Shown piece by piece: positions 14,131-27,559 of a stretch of 64,000 nt of DNA. The position numbers and the translations under genes are program-made. This DNA comes from Negaprion brevirostris (taxonomy: Eukaryota). Location: contig JARDVH010000001.1 of NCBI GenBank assembly GCA_030324005.1, forward strand, positions 143,132,000 through 143,195,999. The letters are read 5' to 3'. The notes beneath the pieces were generated by a model. It ran no database searches. It was not told the origin of the DNA and was given only the letters and a program-made list of their open reading frames with translations. The first letter of the stretch is position 1, and every line of letters begins with the position of its first letter.

Positions 14131-15419
14131 AAAAATTTGAAGGCAATACTTTTACCAAAGTGTACCGCCTGCTAAATAGTTTGGGTAATCTGTACTGAAT
14201 TCCCAATTAATTTAAGTACAAAACTTTGTGTAGTAGGTAGTAATTCGGGAACTATCTGGAACAGGTTTGTTGATCCTTTTCCTGGCACAATCTTGAAATG
14301 TTTTTTACTGAATCTGTGTCTTAAATTCTGAACATTGTGCACAGTTCAAGTTCAGTGTACCTTTGAATTTGGAGCGTGTAGAGACTTCTTTTATTATCCA
14401 CTTTGTGTTGCAATTTGAATCCTGCAGCACTGGCAACAGTGCAAAAGTAATTGAATACACAATTTTGCTTTATTCAAAGTTAGGAATTGTGATCTTTGTT
14501 CCTGGTTGTAGAATTTCTCTGATGTTCCTAAAGGCCAACAAACCAAATACTTACTTTTTGGTGAATCTTCGTTCAGCTGGCCAGAAAAGGCGATGTGGAC
14601 ATTGCTGTTTCAAACAGCATGGTGAACACAATTTTTGAAGAGGCTTATTGCTTATCAAGGCAAATTGTGCAGTTATTGCTTTTGTATTAGTGCTGATCCA
14701 ATGTCAGAACTGCAGAGACAGCATTATTATATTTTAAACAAAAAAATGAGATTCTATTTTGTAAGGCTGAAATGGTTGGAGTGAAGCAGTTACAGATCAA
14801 TTTGAATTTTGGTGTGGTCAAAGATGATCTTTGGTTGATTCATCAATTCTTGGTCCTACTGTTACTTCTCGCTGATCAGGTGTTCATTTTTAGTGAAATC
14901 TCTTCTTCAATCCCATCATATCGTCTAGGTGAAGTCTTGCCTTATCTTGGGTCTAGTATAGATTGTTGATGGAGGTAGATTGCCATGATTATTCAACGAC
15001 TCTTATTTTTATGCTGTCATGCAACTACCAGAATGTGAATGTGTGAACTAATTGGATTTTTTTTTGTCTAAGCAGTTCCTCTACTTTCCCCCATACCCTG
15101 TACTATAAATTAAATGGGTGAATCTGTTGGATTGTCATAAACACCCAACGAATTCATTAATGTGCTTTTTGGGGAAGGCATTGCTGTCCTTAACCGGTCA
15201 GGTCCAAGCCAATGCAATTGACTCTTAACTGCCCTTTGAAGCAGCCTGGCAAATTATGTGACTTATCAAACCACTGTTGAAAATACATCACAAACTAGTG
15301 ATTCAAGAGTATGGCCCAGAACAACTAGGCATAGTGTAGCAATAGCCAGCCTTGCCAGTGCATTCTTCCTAACAGTTATTTTAAAATAATCTCATTCCTG
15401 CTTAATGAGATGAAGTGTG

Positions 15420-16195
15420 ATTAATGCGTATGGCAGATGGTGTATAATGTGGAAAAATGTGAGATTGTCGACATGGCAGAAGAAAAGAATAGCAACATTA
15501 TTTAAATGGAGTGAGACTGCAAAATGTTGCAATTCAGAGTAGGATTGCAATGGCCTTGGACATGCATCACAAAGTTAACATGCAGGTACAGCAAATAATT
15601 GAGAAGGCAAGTAGCATGTTGGATTTGATTGTATATGGGAGTGGAGTTTAAAAATTACAACTTGACAGGGCATTGATGAGATGACATCTAGAAGAGGGTG
15701 CTGTGAATGGTTTTGATTTCACGAGGCACATAGTTGGATTGGAGAAGGTTTAGTTTCCTGATCCCTGTGATGAGATTATCATACGAGGGAAGGTTGAGTG
15801 GGTTGAACCTATACTCATCGGATTTTAAAAGAATGAGAGGTGATCTTATAGAAACACATCAGATTCTGAGGGGTTTTGACAGGAAAAATGCTGAAAGGAT
15901 TTTCCACTTGTTGGGAAATCTTGTACAGGGGCACAGCTTAGAAATAAAGGGCCTTCAATTTAAGGCTGAGGCAAGGACAAATTTCTCTATGGAGGGTCAG
16001 TCTTTTGGAATTCAAAGTCATTTAAACATATTCAAGGCTGAGTTGAGCAGATTTTTGATTTCTAAGGGAATTGTGGGTCATGGAACAGCAGGCGAGAAAG
16101 TAGAATTATGGTCACAATCAGATCAGCCATGGTCTTGAATGGTAGAGCAGGAGTGATGGGCCAAATGGCCGCCTCCTCCCATTTCTTATGAACTT
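15420..16195 (+). mobile_element. CR1 LINE 3' fragment
   Basis: LSYEGRLSGLNLYS..KRMRGDLIETHQILRGFDR plus the CR1 3' UTR tail. Confidence 0.85.
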
Positions 16196-17887
16196 AATAT
16201 ACTGTATCTGGTAACTTAATGCCCGATGCTAAACAACTGCCTTAATTTCTATATTACTGAATTGCCAAGTGTACTTACTGCTGCCCTCTGCAGGAAAAGG
16301 GTTTCTATGTTTGTCAAAAATTGAGACTGTCATATGACCAAACAATTATCTACAGTAATCATAAAATGGTCTATTTTTTCAAGTAATTCTCCAGTTTTGC
16401 TCAGCCCATGACCAAAAAGTGCGTGTGTTGGCAAATTTCCTGTTTTGCATGATGGCTATGCTTTAAGTAACATGATAATAAATTAAATAATGTATTGGTT
16501 CTGTAAAATATTGGTTTCAAGTGGCCTAATTGAAAGTGTAAGTAGCAGTGTGGGGAAAATGCATTTTTCAGCTAAGTCTGATTTCTCTTTCATGTAGTGT
16601 TCATGATTCAATGTTAAATGTTACCAAGCTGCCATCATACAAACTCCCTCTAATTGTCTGCTTGTGGCTGAATCTAATGTGACATCACACCCCTATTATA
16701 ACATCTAACTATCTGCAATTGAAGTGAATTTTCATGTTAATAAATTTTATAAGTATTTATGTAAGGTGCAACTGGACATTGGCATTGATTAGTGAAATAG
16801 TTTAATTTTATAATACTTTGTGTCTTTACTGGAACTGGGGATGATTTTTGATGTAGGAAATTGGATTTCTGTGTTTCGAATTGGACCCAGTTTGTAAACT
16901 GCGGCTTTGAAACCATCATGGCAAGTGATGATTGTAAGTACAATGCCCAAAATACACAGGAAAAATAATAATCGTAGTTAATGATTTTGATATACAATTG
17001 AAAGAAGATTGAATCTTTCAAAACAATCCATCAAAATTTTTTTTTTTGCTCTGGATATTTGTTAACTCAGGAACCAAGTTAAGAATTACAGTCTCTAAGG
17101 ATGCCATCAAATTGAAAGGGGAGGAGTAAAGAAAGTATGAAAAATCAGTAGAGTTTTGATTTTAAATACCTAAAGGGTGCAAAGAGAAGAAAAGTTCCAT
17201 ATTTTGGGGTGTTCTGGGGAAAAATGAATTACGGTAGTGGTGGCTCATACTCTTAAGACATTGAGAATTTAAGGAGGCAGAAGGGTATGCTAAACTGCAC
17301 ACTTGCAATTTTGTAACCAAGGCTGCAAATAATGTACTGACCATTCTCCTGTACAGATTAGTGAAATGTTGCAACTGAAAGAAGTTAGAAGTTAAAATTG
17401 AGTTAGTAATCACATAAGCTGATAGATGAGCTTTTTCTTGCTGTATAGGAGTTCAAGCTTCTGTAAATTTGCCATGGCTTGGTCAGTACTGTATGGTATT
17501 ACCTCTGATCTCAACCTGAATGTGGCAAGACTGCTGTGATTGGTCTTGTCTTCTCAGGTTATGTAGGGAATGCTGGCCAGCGATCTCCTGACCTTTCCCT
17601 CTTGTATGGGGAAAGGTTTCTGTTAGTTTTAGTGAATTATGTTTATTAAATGCATCAAAACATTTCAGAGACTGTTTATCAAAATAATTCACAATAAGGT
17701 TGGCGGTTTTCTGCAAAAGGTCTCAAAAGTGATGAATGGTTTAATTTGGTGGGATGGGGGAGGAATTTGATCAAGAGCTCATGGCACTTATTAAAATGTG
17801 ACTTGGAATCTATACAATCCACCAAATACATTGGACAGAAAATGCAGTTAAAAAATTGCTTGCATGACCTAAATTGGCTAAAGTTTA

Positions 17888-18175
17888 ATAAAGTTCATTT
17901 ATTGGTGTCACAGATTTACAATAACACTGCAATGAAGTTGCTGTGAAAATCCCATAGTCGCCACACTCTGGCGCCTATTTGGGTACACTGAGGGAGAATT
18001 TAGCATGGCCCATGCACCTAACCAGCACGTCTTTTGGACTGTGGGAGGAAACTGGAGCATCCAGAGGAAACCCACTCAGAAATGGGGAGAACGTGCAGAC
18101 TCTGCACAGGCAGTGACCCAAGCTGGAAATTGAACCTTGAGTGCCTAGGACTGTGAGACAGCATTACTTGCCACA
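17888..18175 (-). mobile_element. V-SINE, alternative-tail subfamily
   Basis: Reverse V-domain (GGACTGTGGGAGGAAAC...GGGGAGAACGTGCAGACTC) with a tail homologous to 21360-21438. Confidence 0.8.
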
Positions 18176-18221
18176 TTCCCTTTAGCATTTTCTGGCAATC
18201 TTGTCTGTAAAGTAGAGTAAA

Positions 18222-18312
18222 AAGTCTTGTAACACCGGGTTAAGTCCAACAGGTTTATTTGTAGCACAAACTTGCGGAGTGTCTCTCCTTCAGGTGAGTG
18301 AGGCATTGTGTT
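18222..18312 (-). mobile_element. Penelope-like element terminal fragment
   Basis: Matches the ends at 35715-35810 and 51940-52035 (AAATAAA..TGTTGGACT..AACC.GGTGTT). Confidence 0.75.
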
Positions 18313-19434
18313 CATCTTTCCTGTTAAGCAGAGGCAGCAGAGTTTCTATTTGTACTTGTATTGTTGGTTTATTGTGTTTGAATTTTACAGGTCTGGGACA
18401 GGACTGTTCTTTTTATTAAGATCAGGTTAATTATGCACTAGATTTGTTGGTATTTGCAGCCTAAGGCATATAGAAGCTAATGAGAATATTGATTAAAATA
18501 AGGCCTGCAAATCTTTATATGCACCTAAGCAACTGACAAACCATGAACATACCTGGGCCATTACAGTTCTTTATAGCCTTTGTGTTTGCCATATCCTGAA
18601 CAAATTTTTGATATTGTTTCTCAATTGCCAGTATGTTCATTCTTGTTTTGTAGGATAGGAGGTGGTAAATGGATCAACCAAAAAGCTTTCACAAAATGTT
18701 AGAGAAAATTCAAATGATTAATCAACTCATAGGGGCTCTGATTAAATGAAGACTGGATGACCAATAGAGCGACTTATCCCATTAAGCTTTGAAACTGTCT
18801 TGATACACTCAGAACAATATATGTAACTAAGTGATTTTGTTACAAACATGTAAAAGAGCAAGGAAGGTCCATCACCGCAGGTGGCTTTTATATTAACTTT
18901 CGATCCAAATTAAAAGATGCCTAAAAAAGAAAAGTGACTTCCCAGTTCATTCTGAATACTTTGACTGTGGATAGACATAATTATAAAATGAAGAACTGAA
19001 AAGATACTGTGTGGCATAGTAAGTTATGGAATATCATGCTATTAGGATGCTTTGTAACATTGTAAGTCATTGATGGTGGTACTTCATTTAGCCTCTTGGT
19101 ACTTTAGATGAAAAAGGCTTCTTAAGGCAGAATTTTATCTTTATTCTTTTTTTCAAACAATTTGTTTGTGGCAGTATTGATGGCTTTTCTAGCCAAAGTT
19201 CTTGCACATAACTTGTAGTCATTGATTGTGCTATGCTTCACTGTTGTATGTACTTTCTAAGTATGTTCCAGTAGTGCATGAAGTTTATGAATGTGCTTCC
19301 CTACATTAGATACTGAACTACTTTATTTAAAAAATAACAGACATATGGATAACCCTGATATGACCTGTAACACATTTCAGGACTTGCTCTGAATTGCAAA
19401 GCAATATCCATCTTGCCCTGTTTTAAAATCAGTT

Positions 19435-20160
19435 ATTTCATGGGATGTGCGTAACTGGCAAGGCCAGCCAGCATTTATTCCCTCTCCCTAACTATCCCTG
19501 AAAAGGTGATGGTGAGCTGCCATCTTGAACGCTGCAGTGCAGATTGTCGGTTCGCTGCGATTTTGATTCAGTAATAGTGAAGAAAGTGACATCTTCCTAC
19601 ATTAGGGATGGTGGGAAAGGAACCTACACGTGGCAGTATTGCCATGCGNNNNNNNNNNNNNNNNNNNNNNNNNNNNNNNNNNNNNNNNNNNNNNNNNNNN
19701 NNNNNNNNNNNNNNNNNGCTACAGTGCATCTCGAGGATGGTATGTACTGCTGCCACAATGCTTTGGTGTTGGAGTGTTTGAATGTTGATTGGGTGCTTTG
19801 TCTTGGAGAGTGTCAAGCTTTGAGTGTCTTTGAAGCTGTACTCACCCAAGCAAGTAAAGAGTGTTCCATCATATTCTTGTCCTGTAGATGGTTGACAGGC
19901 CTTGGAATTCCCAGTTCCTGACCTGTTCATGTAGTCACAGTATTTATGTGGTTGATGCAGTTATGTTTCTGCTCAGTGGCTACCTTCTGTTATGGTGATG
20001 CCATTAAAAGTCATGGGGAGATTTTGACTTGCTCCTGTTGGAGATGGTCATTGCTTGGAACTTGTGTGGCGCGATTGATACTTGCCACTTATCAGCCCAA
20101 GCTTGAATGTTATCCATATATCCCTGCATTTGAACATGCATTGCTTCAGTATCAAGGGAA
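19435..20160 (-). mobile_element. LINE 3' fragment (family ending ...GGGCAATAAATGCTGG...)
   Basis: Shares GCCAGCATTTATT.CC...AAGGTG.TGGTGAGCTGCC with copies at about 13100-13225, 42085-42720 and 53440-54295. Confidence 0.65.
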
Positions 20161-20574
20161 TTATTCTTCCCCAATGGGCACATGCATTGTAGATGAGCAT
20201 TAGCATATCAACTTAAACTTTAATATTCTATATTTTACCTCAGCTGTGGAAATCAAGGAATCAAATTATAAGCATTTTCACTGAATGTTTTCTGTAGCCA
20301 AATGTGCAAGTTCTGAACAGAGGAAAAGCTCTACTGATCGCTATTGACTTTTCATGCTGAGAAGACTGCAGAAAAGTAAATCTTGAGAATAGTTCTGGTT
20401 AGCTATCCTAAGATTCTAGTGATTCCCTCGTACAATTTGTCCTGAAACAGAGGAGCGAATCCAAACTTTATTTTGGGGACAGATGTTTTCGTGTGTTCAT
20501 TTAAATCAAATGCTTTATTTATTGTGGTATGTAATTCCATTGGATCATAAACTTTTAAGGAAAAAGAGCCATTC

Positions 20575-22300
20575 AGAGCATTGTGAATGCACTGGCCAAA
20601 ATGAGAAGAAAAAAAAAAGCGGCTCGTTTTCATCCCACTTTGCAGCATTTGGTCTGTAGCTTTGCAGATTAGAGCACTTGAGGTAGAGATCCAGGAACCT
20701 TTTTAAACGAGTTGAGAGTTTCAACCTCAGCTACCACTACAGGCACTGAATTCCAGACATCCATCACCCTCTAGGTGAAAGCTTTTCCTCATGTTCTCTC
20801 TAATCTTTCTAATAATAATTACCACAAAATTGAACCCTCGAGTGCTGGAAACAAGCCTTTCCTATTTGAACTGTTCCATCTATCTAGGCCGTTTATAATG
20901 TTGTACGCTCAGTAAGGTCACTTCTTAGCCTCCTCTGTTCTAAGGAAAACGTTGTAGACTGTCCAGTCTTTCCTCATAGCTGCTATTTTCAAGCCCAAGC
21001 AACATTTTGAAAGTCTTCTCTGTGCTGTGTCCAGAACTGAGCACAAAATTCCAGCTGTGGCCTAACCAGTGTTATGTAGCATTCTACATCTCTGCTTTTC
21101 TATTCAGTACATTTTGTCCAATAAAGGAAAGCATTCCATATCCATCTGTTCTGCCATCTTCAGGAACCTGTGAACATGCACTCAAGGCATTTTGGGGTAG
21201 CACAGTGGTAGGGACCCAGGTTCGATTCCTGGCTTGGGCAGCTGTCTTGGAGTTTGTGTTCTTCCCATGTCTGCGTGGCCTTCCTCTGGGTGCCCTGGTT
21301 TCCTCCCACAGCCTGAAAGATGTGCTGGTTAGGTACATTGACCTGAACAGGCACTGATATGTGGCGACTAGGGGAATTTCACAGTAACTTCATTGCAGTG
21401 CTAATGCAAGCCTTAGTTGTGATTAATAAATAAACTTAATCACTTCTTCTACCCCTCCCACTTATTGATTATTCCCTTGTTTTGTTTGCCCTCCCAAAAT
21501 GCATTGCCTCACTTTTTCTAATTGAACCCCATTTGCCACTTTTCTGCTCACTCAGCCAAACTATTAACAGTTATCCTCTTCACTATTTTTATGACCAATT
21601 TTTGTATCATCTGTAAATTTTCTGATAATTTTTTTCTCCTATGTTTATGGGCCTCAACACTGCCCTGTGGAATGACATTGGAAACTGCTTTCTACTCACT
21701 AAAATATCCATCGACCAGTATCCTTTATTTCCTGTCACTGAATCAATTTTGGATCCATCTCACCACCCTCTTCTGCGTCCCATGAGACCTCAGTCTGCCA
21801 TATGCAATCTTGTCAAATGCCTTAATAAAACGCAAGTAGACAACATCCATTCCACCACCCTCATCAATCCTCCTCGTTATGTCTTCAAAGATTTCTATCA
21901 AGTTAGTAAGATATGGCCTTATCCTAATGAACTTCCCCTAACAAAACCATTATGACTATCCCTGATCAATCTGTATTTGTAAATGACAGTTTAACCATCC
22001 ACTCAAAATGGAATAATAAACCCATCACTGAAGTCAGACTGGCCTCTCATTCTTTTTGAATAATGGTATAATGTTTGTGCACCTCCAGTCCTTTTGTCCC
22101 TCACATGTAGCTAGAGAGAATTGAAAAATGGCCCTCCTCAGCATCTGCTATTTCCTTCTGGCTTATTTTTAACCCCCTGGGATATAATTCGTCTGACCCT
22201 GGTGATTTGTGCCACAATCAAGGATCTCAGTCCTACCAGTATTATCGTTATGCTTACTGTATTGAATATTTCACGTTTCTTCTCTTTAACTAGAATGCCT
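20575..22300 (-). mobile_element. Decayed CR1 LINE, interrupted by a SINE
   Basis: Reverse CR1 ORF2 and 3' UTR relics (e.g. GTCAAATGCCTT...GTAGACAACATCCA). Confidence 0.6.
21195..21438 (+). mobile_element. V-SINE, alternative-tail subfamily
   Basis: Head GGTAGCACAGTGGT...GGTTCGATTCC (B box), V-domain, tail CACAGTAACTTCATTGCAGTG...AATAAATAAA. Confidence 0.85.
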
Positions 22301-23194
22301 CTCCTTGGCTTTAGCATTGAAGCATAAGTTTCCGTGTACATCTTGGTAAACAGTAGAGCTCCAAAGTATGCACACATCTTTGGTCTGGACAGTTGCATAA
22401 ATGCCACTGTCTTTCTCTTCAACCTAGCATAATTATTTTACTCCTCTCTATCTTTAGAAGCTGACCTTATTTACCTTTTACCTTTTTAAAAAAGAAAAGC
22501 CACTTGAAGATGCGTATCATCTTGTATAAGATTATTTGCTTTTGATTATCTATAATTGCATGTTCTATAACAATAAATGATAGAATGTTTGTTTATTACC
22601 TAAATAATCAACATAGAATGTTTAGGGCGTTTCTTTGACTGGCATTGGAACATTGGCCAACCAGTTACACACTGTTGTTTTTTAAAAATTGACTTGTCCC
22701 TGTCGCAGCTCCATTTGCTCAAAGGTTGGTGCGAAAGAAAGCTGGCACTTTTGTGGCAACAGCTCTTCTCGAGCAAGGCTGAAAAGGTTGAAATTAAGTA
22801 ATACAGACTTTTGGCTGATTTTTAGTAGCATTGAAGGTTATAAAACTTTAAAACGTTTCTGAGAACTACAGTCCGAAATTTTTTTCTTCTGCTTTAATAG
22901 ATGAAATTTCCAAGAAACTGTTGTTGAAGTGAAATCGAAAAATATTTCAGATCTGACTACTGGACTTAGCTATTGCATGTATTATATTTTCAAACCATGT
23001 ACATTTTGTGTACCATTTAAAGTATAGTGATTTAAGATCAGCCTCTTGTAAAATTCTGTAGTTCTGGAGCATCTGAAAAGCTGTGTATAAATACACAGCA
23101 AAAGTTCCAGATTTGAATTTCCTGTCAAAAGTTTGTGTTTTTAAGTCTGCTTCTGAAAGCTGTGCCCCTACCAGAAGGTGCACTCGCTCACGTG

Positions 23195-23279
23195 CTCCTC
23201 TCCTTCCTCCCCCTCTCTCTCCCTCTCTCTCTCTCTCTCACACTCTCTCTCTCTCTCTCACTCTTTTTCTCTCTCACCC

Positions 23280-23316
<37 letters not shown>

Positions 23317-23481
23317 ACCACTCTCTCTNNNNNNNNNNNNNNNNNNNNNNNNNNNNNNNNNNNNNNNNNNNNNNNNNNNNNNNNNNNNNNNNNNNNNNNN
23401 NNNNNNNNNNNNNNNNNNNNNNNNNNNNNNNNNNNNNNNNNNNNNNNNNNNNNNNNNNNNNNNNNNNNNNNNNNNNNACCC

Positions 23482-23518
<37 letters not shown>

Positions 23519-23543
23519 TCCACTCTCTCTCTCTCTCTCACCC

Positions 23544-23582
<39 letters not shown>

Positions 23583-23584
23583 CC

Positions 23585-23626
<42 letters not shown>
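23195..23626 (+). repeat. (CT)n microsatellite with recurring CACCCTCCA spacer (compound minisatellite), gapped
   Basis: Seen directly; N gaps lie inside and after it. Confidence 0.97.
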
Positions 23627-23899
23627 NNNNNNNNNNNNNNNNNNNNNNNNNNNNNNNNNNNNNNNNNNNNNNNNNNNNNNNNNNNNNNNNNNNNNNNNNN
23701 NNNNNNNNNNNNNNNNNNNNNNNNNNNNNNNNNNNNNNNNNNNNNNNNNNNNNNNNNNNNNNNNNNNNNNNNNNNNNNNNNNNNNNNNNNNNNNNNNNNN
23801 NNNNNNNNNNNNNNNNNNNNNNNNNNCCACAGTTGCCCATATCCTGTAAATGTATCTTTTTTCCATACATTGTTTTAGACTTCTATGTTTTTTCTAATG

Positions 23900-25740
23900 A
23901 ACATTAGAGAGAATGTAGTATATACAGCACAAAAATAGGCCATTGTATGAATTGGATCCATGCCAGTGTTTGTGTTGCGCATGAGCTCCTCCCAATCTTC
24001 TAAATTAACCCCAGAAACATGCTCTTTTATTTATATTTGCAGTGTCACCCTCCTGACATCTTTACTCGTCACCTCAGCTGTTACTTGTGGGAGCAATTTC
24101 AACACTCTGGTTTTTTTTTAAATGAGTTTCTTCCAAATTCCTCCAATCTTCAATATCTACCAGGTCACTTTTATCAGAGAATAGACCCATGTTCAATCTT
24201 TCTTAATAGTTATAACCTCTGTTATGGTATCATTATAATAAATTGGTTTCACACCTTCTCAGTGTCTGTGTAACTACTAGCTTAACATTAAATACTCTCC
24301 TTTCCACTTCTCTAGAAATAAAGCTACACAATGTAGGTTTTGTAGCCTGTTTAACCTGCATTGATATTTTCCTATATTTGTACCCCAGATCCCTCTGCTC
24401 CATTTAGATACTTGCTTCCAAAGGAATGTGTGCTGCCTTTTTCTTCCTACCAAAAATGTATCATGCATTTTGAAATTCATTTAGCAATTACATGCCCATA
24501 CTGTAAATTATTTAATCTATTCCTTTGTTTTGTCACAGTCCTTCTCATGAACTATATCTTTAACCAAAGTTGATGTCATTCCCAAATTTTAACATACTTC
24601 TGATGTAGAAGTCCAAATTGTTTATGTAACTGATGAGTATGTTTGTTCCTGGCACCAGTCCTTGCAAAACAATCCTTGGTGTCTAATTTTTAATATTTCT
24701 TTGCACTTACTTTGTTTTGTGGTGCATGGAGCCATATCTTTGACCACAGAGAATTGCAACTATTAGTACATTCAGAACAACTCAAACAATTGAAAGGTAA
24801 GAAAATAATCTAAGAAATGGGAGCAGAACTTGACCATTTGACTCTATCATTCAATACCATTGCAGCTGACCATCTACCTCAATTCTATCTTCTTACATTA
24901 TCCCTGTATTCCTTAGCCCTTTTAATATCCAAAAATCTAATATTTATATTTAACTTGGATAAATCAATAATTGAGCATATGCAGTAGAAAATTCTGAGGA
25001 TCTACAAAGTTTTAAGTGAAGAAATTTCTCAGCTCAGTCCTAAATGGTCAAACCCTTATCCTGGGATTGTGACCACTGGTTCCAGATTTCCCAGCGAGTG
25101 GAATCAATCATCCAGCATCTACTCTATCTGCCCTTTTATAGGAAATATAATCTTGGTCGAAATGATGTCAACCCAGGCATCAGTCTAGTAGACCTTTTAT
25201 GGCACCCCAAAGATGTGCAAGTTAGGTTGATTGGCCATGATAAATTGATCCTAGTGTCAGGGTAAATACGTGGGGTTATGGGAATAGGGGCTGGATGGGA
25301 TTGTGGTTGGTGCAGATTTGATGGGCTGAATGGCACTATAAGGCAAGAAAACCAGATCTACACAGTGTATTCCAAGTATGGTCTCTCAAAGGCTCTATAC
25401 CATTCCAGTGAGATTTCTTCACTCTGACACCAGAATAAAGGCTAGTTTATTCTTTCCTTTCTTAATTGTTTCCTGCACCTACATGTTGACTTTATGATTC
25501 TTGTGCAAAGTCATATATTTTCATCTCTCTATTTTGAAAAATAATTTGCTGTTTTATTTTCCTTCCAGAGTTGGTAACTTAACACTTATATATTTCATCT
25601 GTCATGTTCTTGCTCAATTGCTGAATGTGTCTTTTGCAGCCAGATTGCGTCCTTCTCACAGCTTACTTTCCTGCCCAATTTTGTAACATTGGCAAACAAG
25701 GGTACATTATAATTGGTCTCCACTGAGTTATTGATGTAGG
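23900..25740 (-). mobile_element. Two decayed CR1 3' fragments, with a V-SINE fragment (+, about 25206-25340) inserted
   Basis: Reverse CR1 tails (e.g. TAAGAAATGGGAGCAGAA...CCATT), and a SINE body CCAAAGATGTGCAAGTTAGGTTGATTGGCCATG. Confidence 0.55.
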
Positions 25741-26140
25741 TAGCTGAGTCAACTTACTATCTATATCCTCAAAACAACTCACTGAATTTATCAACACTGT
25801 TTCTTTTTCATAATTCATCATTGACTGCCTCATGGTTCTCCAAGTATGCTTAGAAAGTCAAAGGGACATAAGAATGGGAGTTTGGTATTCATGTGTAGGC
25901 TTCAAAGCCATGGTGAAAACCAACAGCTCACTTGATTTGTGTGTAATACGAAGAAATCATTACAATACACAAAGAAGATGAGACTTAACAAAGTTTTGCA
26001 TTTTGTGGGTTTGCTGTTGGCTAAATCCACATGGCAATATTTCATCCTTGTTATAATGTTTTAATACATTGTATCTTGTTTGATATTTTTGAATTTTTGG
26101 TTGTGTGCAAAAGACTTAAACTGAATATTTTAATTTTCAG

Positions 26141-26202
26141 AGCAACAAAGTTTGACCAAAGTAATCAAGGCAGGCAAGCCCAAAACAAAGAAAACTGTGA
26201 AG
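26141..26202 (+). CDS. LARP1B: LARP1B coding exon 2: (E)QQSLTKVIKAGKPKTKKTVK
   Basis: Acceptor TTTTCAG, donor AAG|GTATGT, phase 1 to 0. Aligns with LARP1 EHSAPAKVVRAAVPKQRKGSK. Confidence 0.88.
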
Positions 26203-26639
26203 GTATGTAAACTAAGCTATCTAATCCTTTAAAGGACTGTCCTTATGGCTGTGTTAGAACGTTTTGTTGATAACTCACCCAGTTGCCCAGATAAGTGGTT
26301 CTGCCTCTGGCCAAAAATAGTTTTATAATCTGCTGTACCTTTAGTTGTCTGGGCTAACCCTATTTTCTCCTTTTTACCCTTCCTCCACGCTCTTATTCCT
26401 CCTGCTGCGCTCCTACCAGCACCCAGAAAATACCTTGACACTATACGTTTCAGAGTTGATAAAATGATGAATCAAGTTTGTACTAGTAATGTATTATAGG
26501 AATATATATTTTTTATCAGTGGTTTTGAATTGTATATTCCATCATGATCTATTTTTCTGAATTCCAATTTCTTTTCACTTTCTGATTTGCTTCATTTCTG
26601 AAGGTTATTTATTATATCATTCTGTTTCCTAGATTTTGA

Positions 26640-27315
26640 CCCCATCCTTCTCCTCTCTGAAATTGAGTCAGTCTGTTTGCAATAGTGGTGTCATATTTTA
26701 CACAGATGAGCTCCCCTTCCACATCCATGCCACTGCTGAGACTACCTAGTTACTTCTGTAACATCACCAAACTTTGCCTCTTGTCTCATCTGACCTGCTG
26801 CTGAAGCCTTTGTTCATGACTTTGTTACCTTACCTCTGGAATTGATTATTCCAATGAGAATCCTGGCTCGTTTCCTCACAATCTATATAAACTACTGTCT
26901 GTGTCTTCACTTGCAACCAAATCCTACTCGCCCATTATCCTCCTGCGCAGCCACCAGAATACACTCCCAATTAGGCAATGTTTTGATTTCAAAATTTTCA
27001 CTCTTTCGCATCCCTTCAGGACCTTGGCTTTCAATATCATATCTCCTCCAGCCCCTCAAATTTCCCATGTTATCTGCTGTTTTCTCATTCTGGCTACTTG
27101 GAACACCCCTGATTTTAATGGTTCTACTTTTGGCCATGCCTTCAGTAGGCTCCAACCTCTAGAATTCCCTCCCTACTCCTCTCTACCTTGCTTCTCTTTT
27201 TAAGACACTTCTGAAAACCTACCTCTTTGACAAACCTAGTATCTCCTCCATATGTATTTCTAAGAAGTGTGTTAGCATGTTTAAATATGACAGAGGCACG
27301 CCATAAAAGGTTGTA
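26640..27315 (+). mobile_element. L2-like LINE 3' fragment
   Basis: Similar to the L2-type 3' region at 5480-6560 (CTGCTGAAGCC..TTCATG..TTTGTTACCT; AAAACCTACCTCTTTGAC). Confidence 0.6.
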
Positions 27316-27559
27316 TTTCTGTTCAGGTTTTGTTATCTGGAAAGGAGAGCAAGGAACAGGTTAATGTTTTGAGAATGGATTCTTCACTCATTGTGACAAA
27401 AACAGAACTCAATCAATGAACCTGACTTTTTTTCTAGATGATTTCTAACTGCTTTTTAGCAACATTTGTTTCTTGAAATTATTACCTCTCTATTTACTAC
27501 TAGCCCACGGAATCTTTTTTGCATCGCATTCATACTTCAGGCTCTTAACTCCAGTTTTT

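Noticed and set aside
23083-23907. Long SL/ER-repeat ORFs
   Set aside because: These are translations of a (CT)n microsatellite and N gaps.
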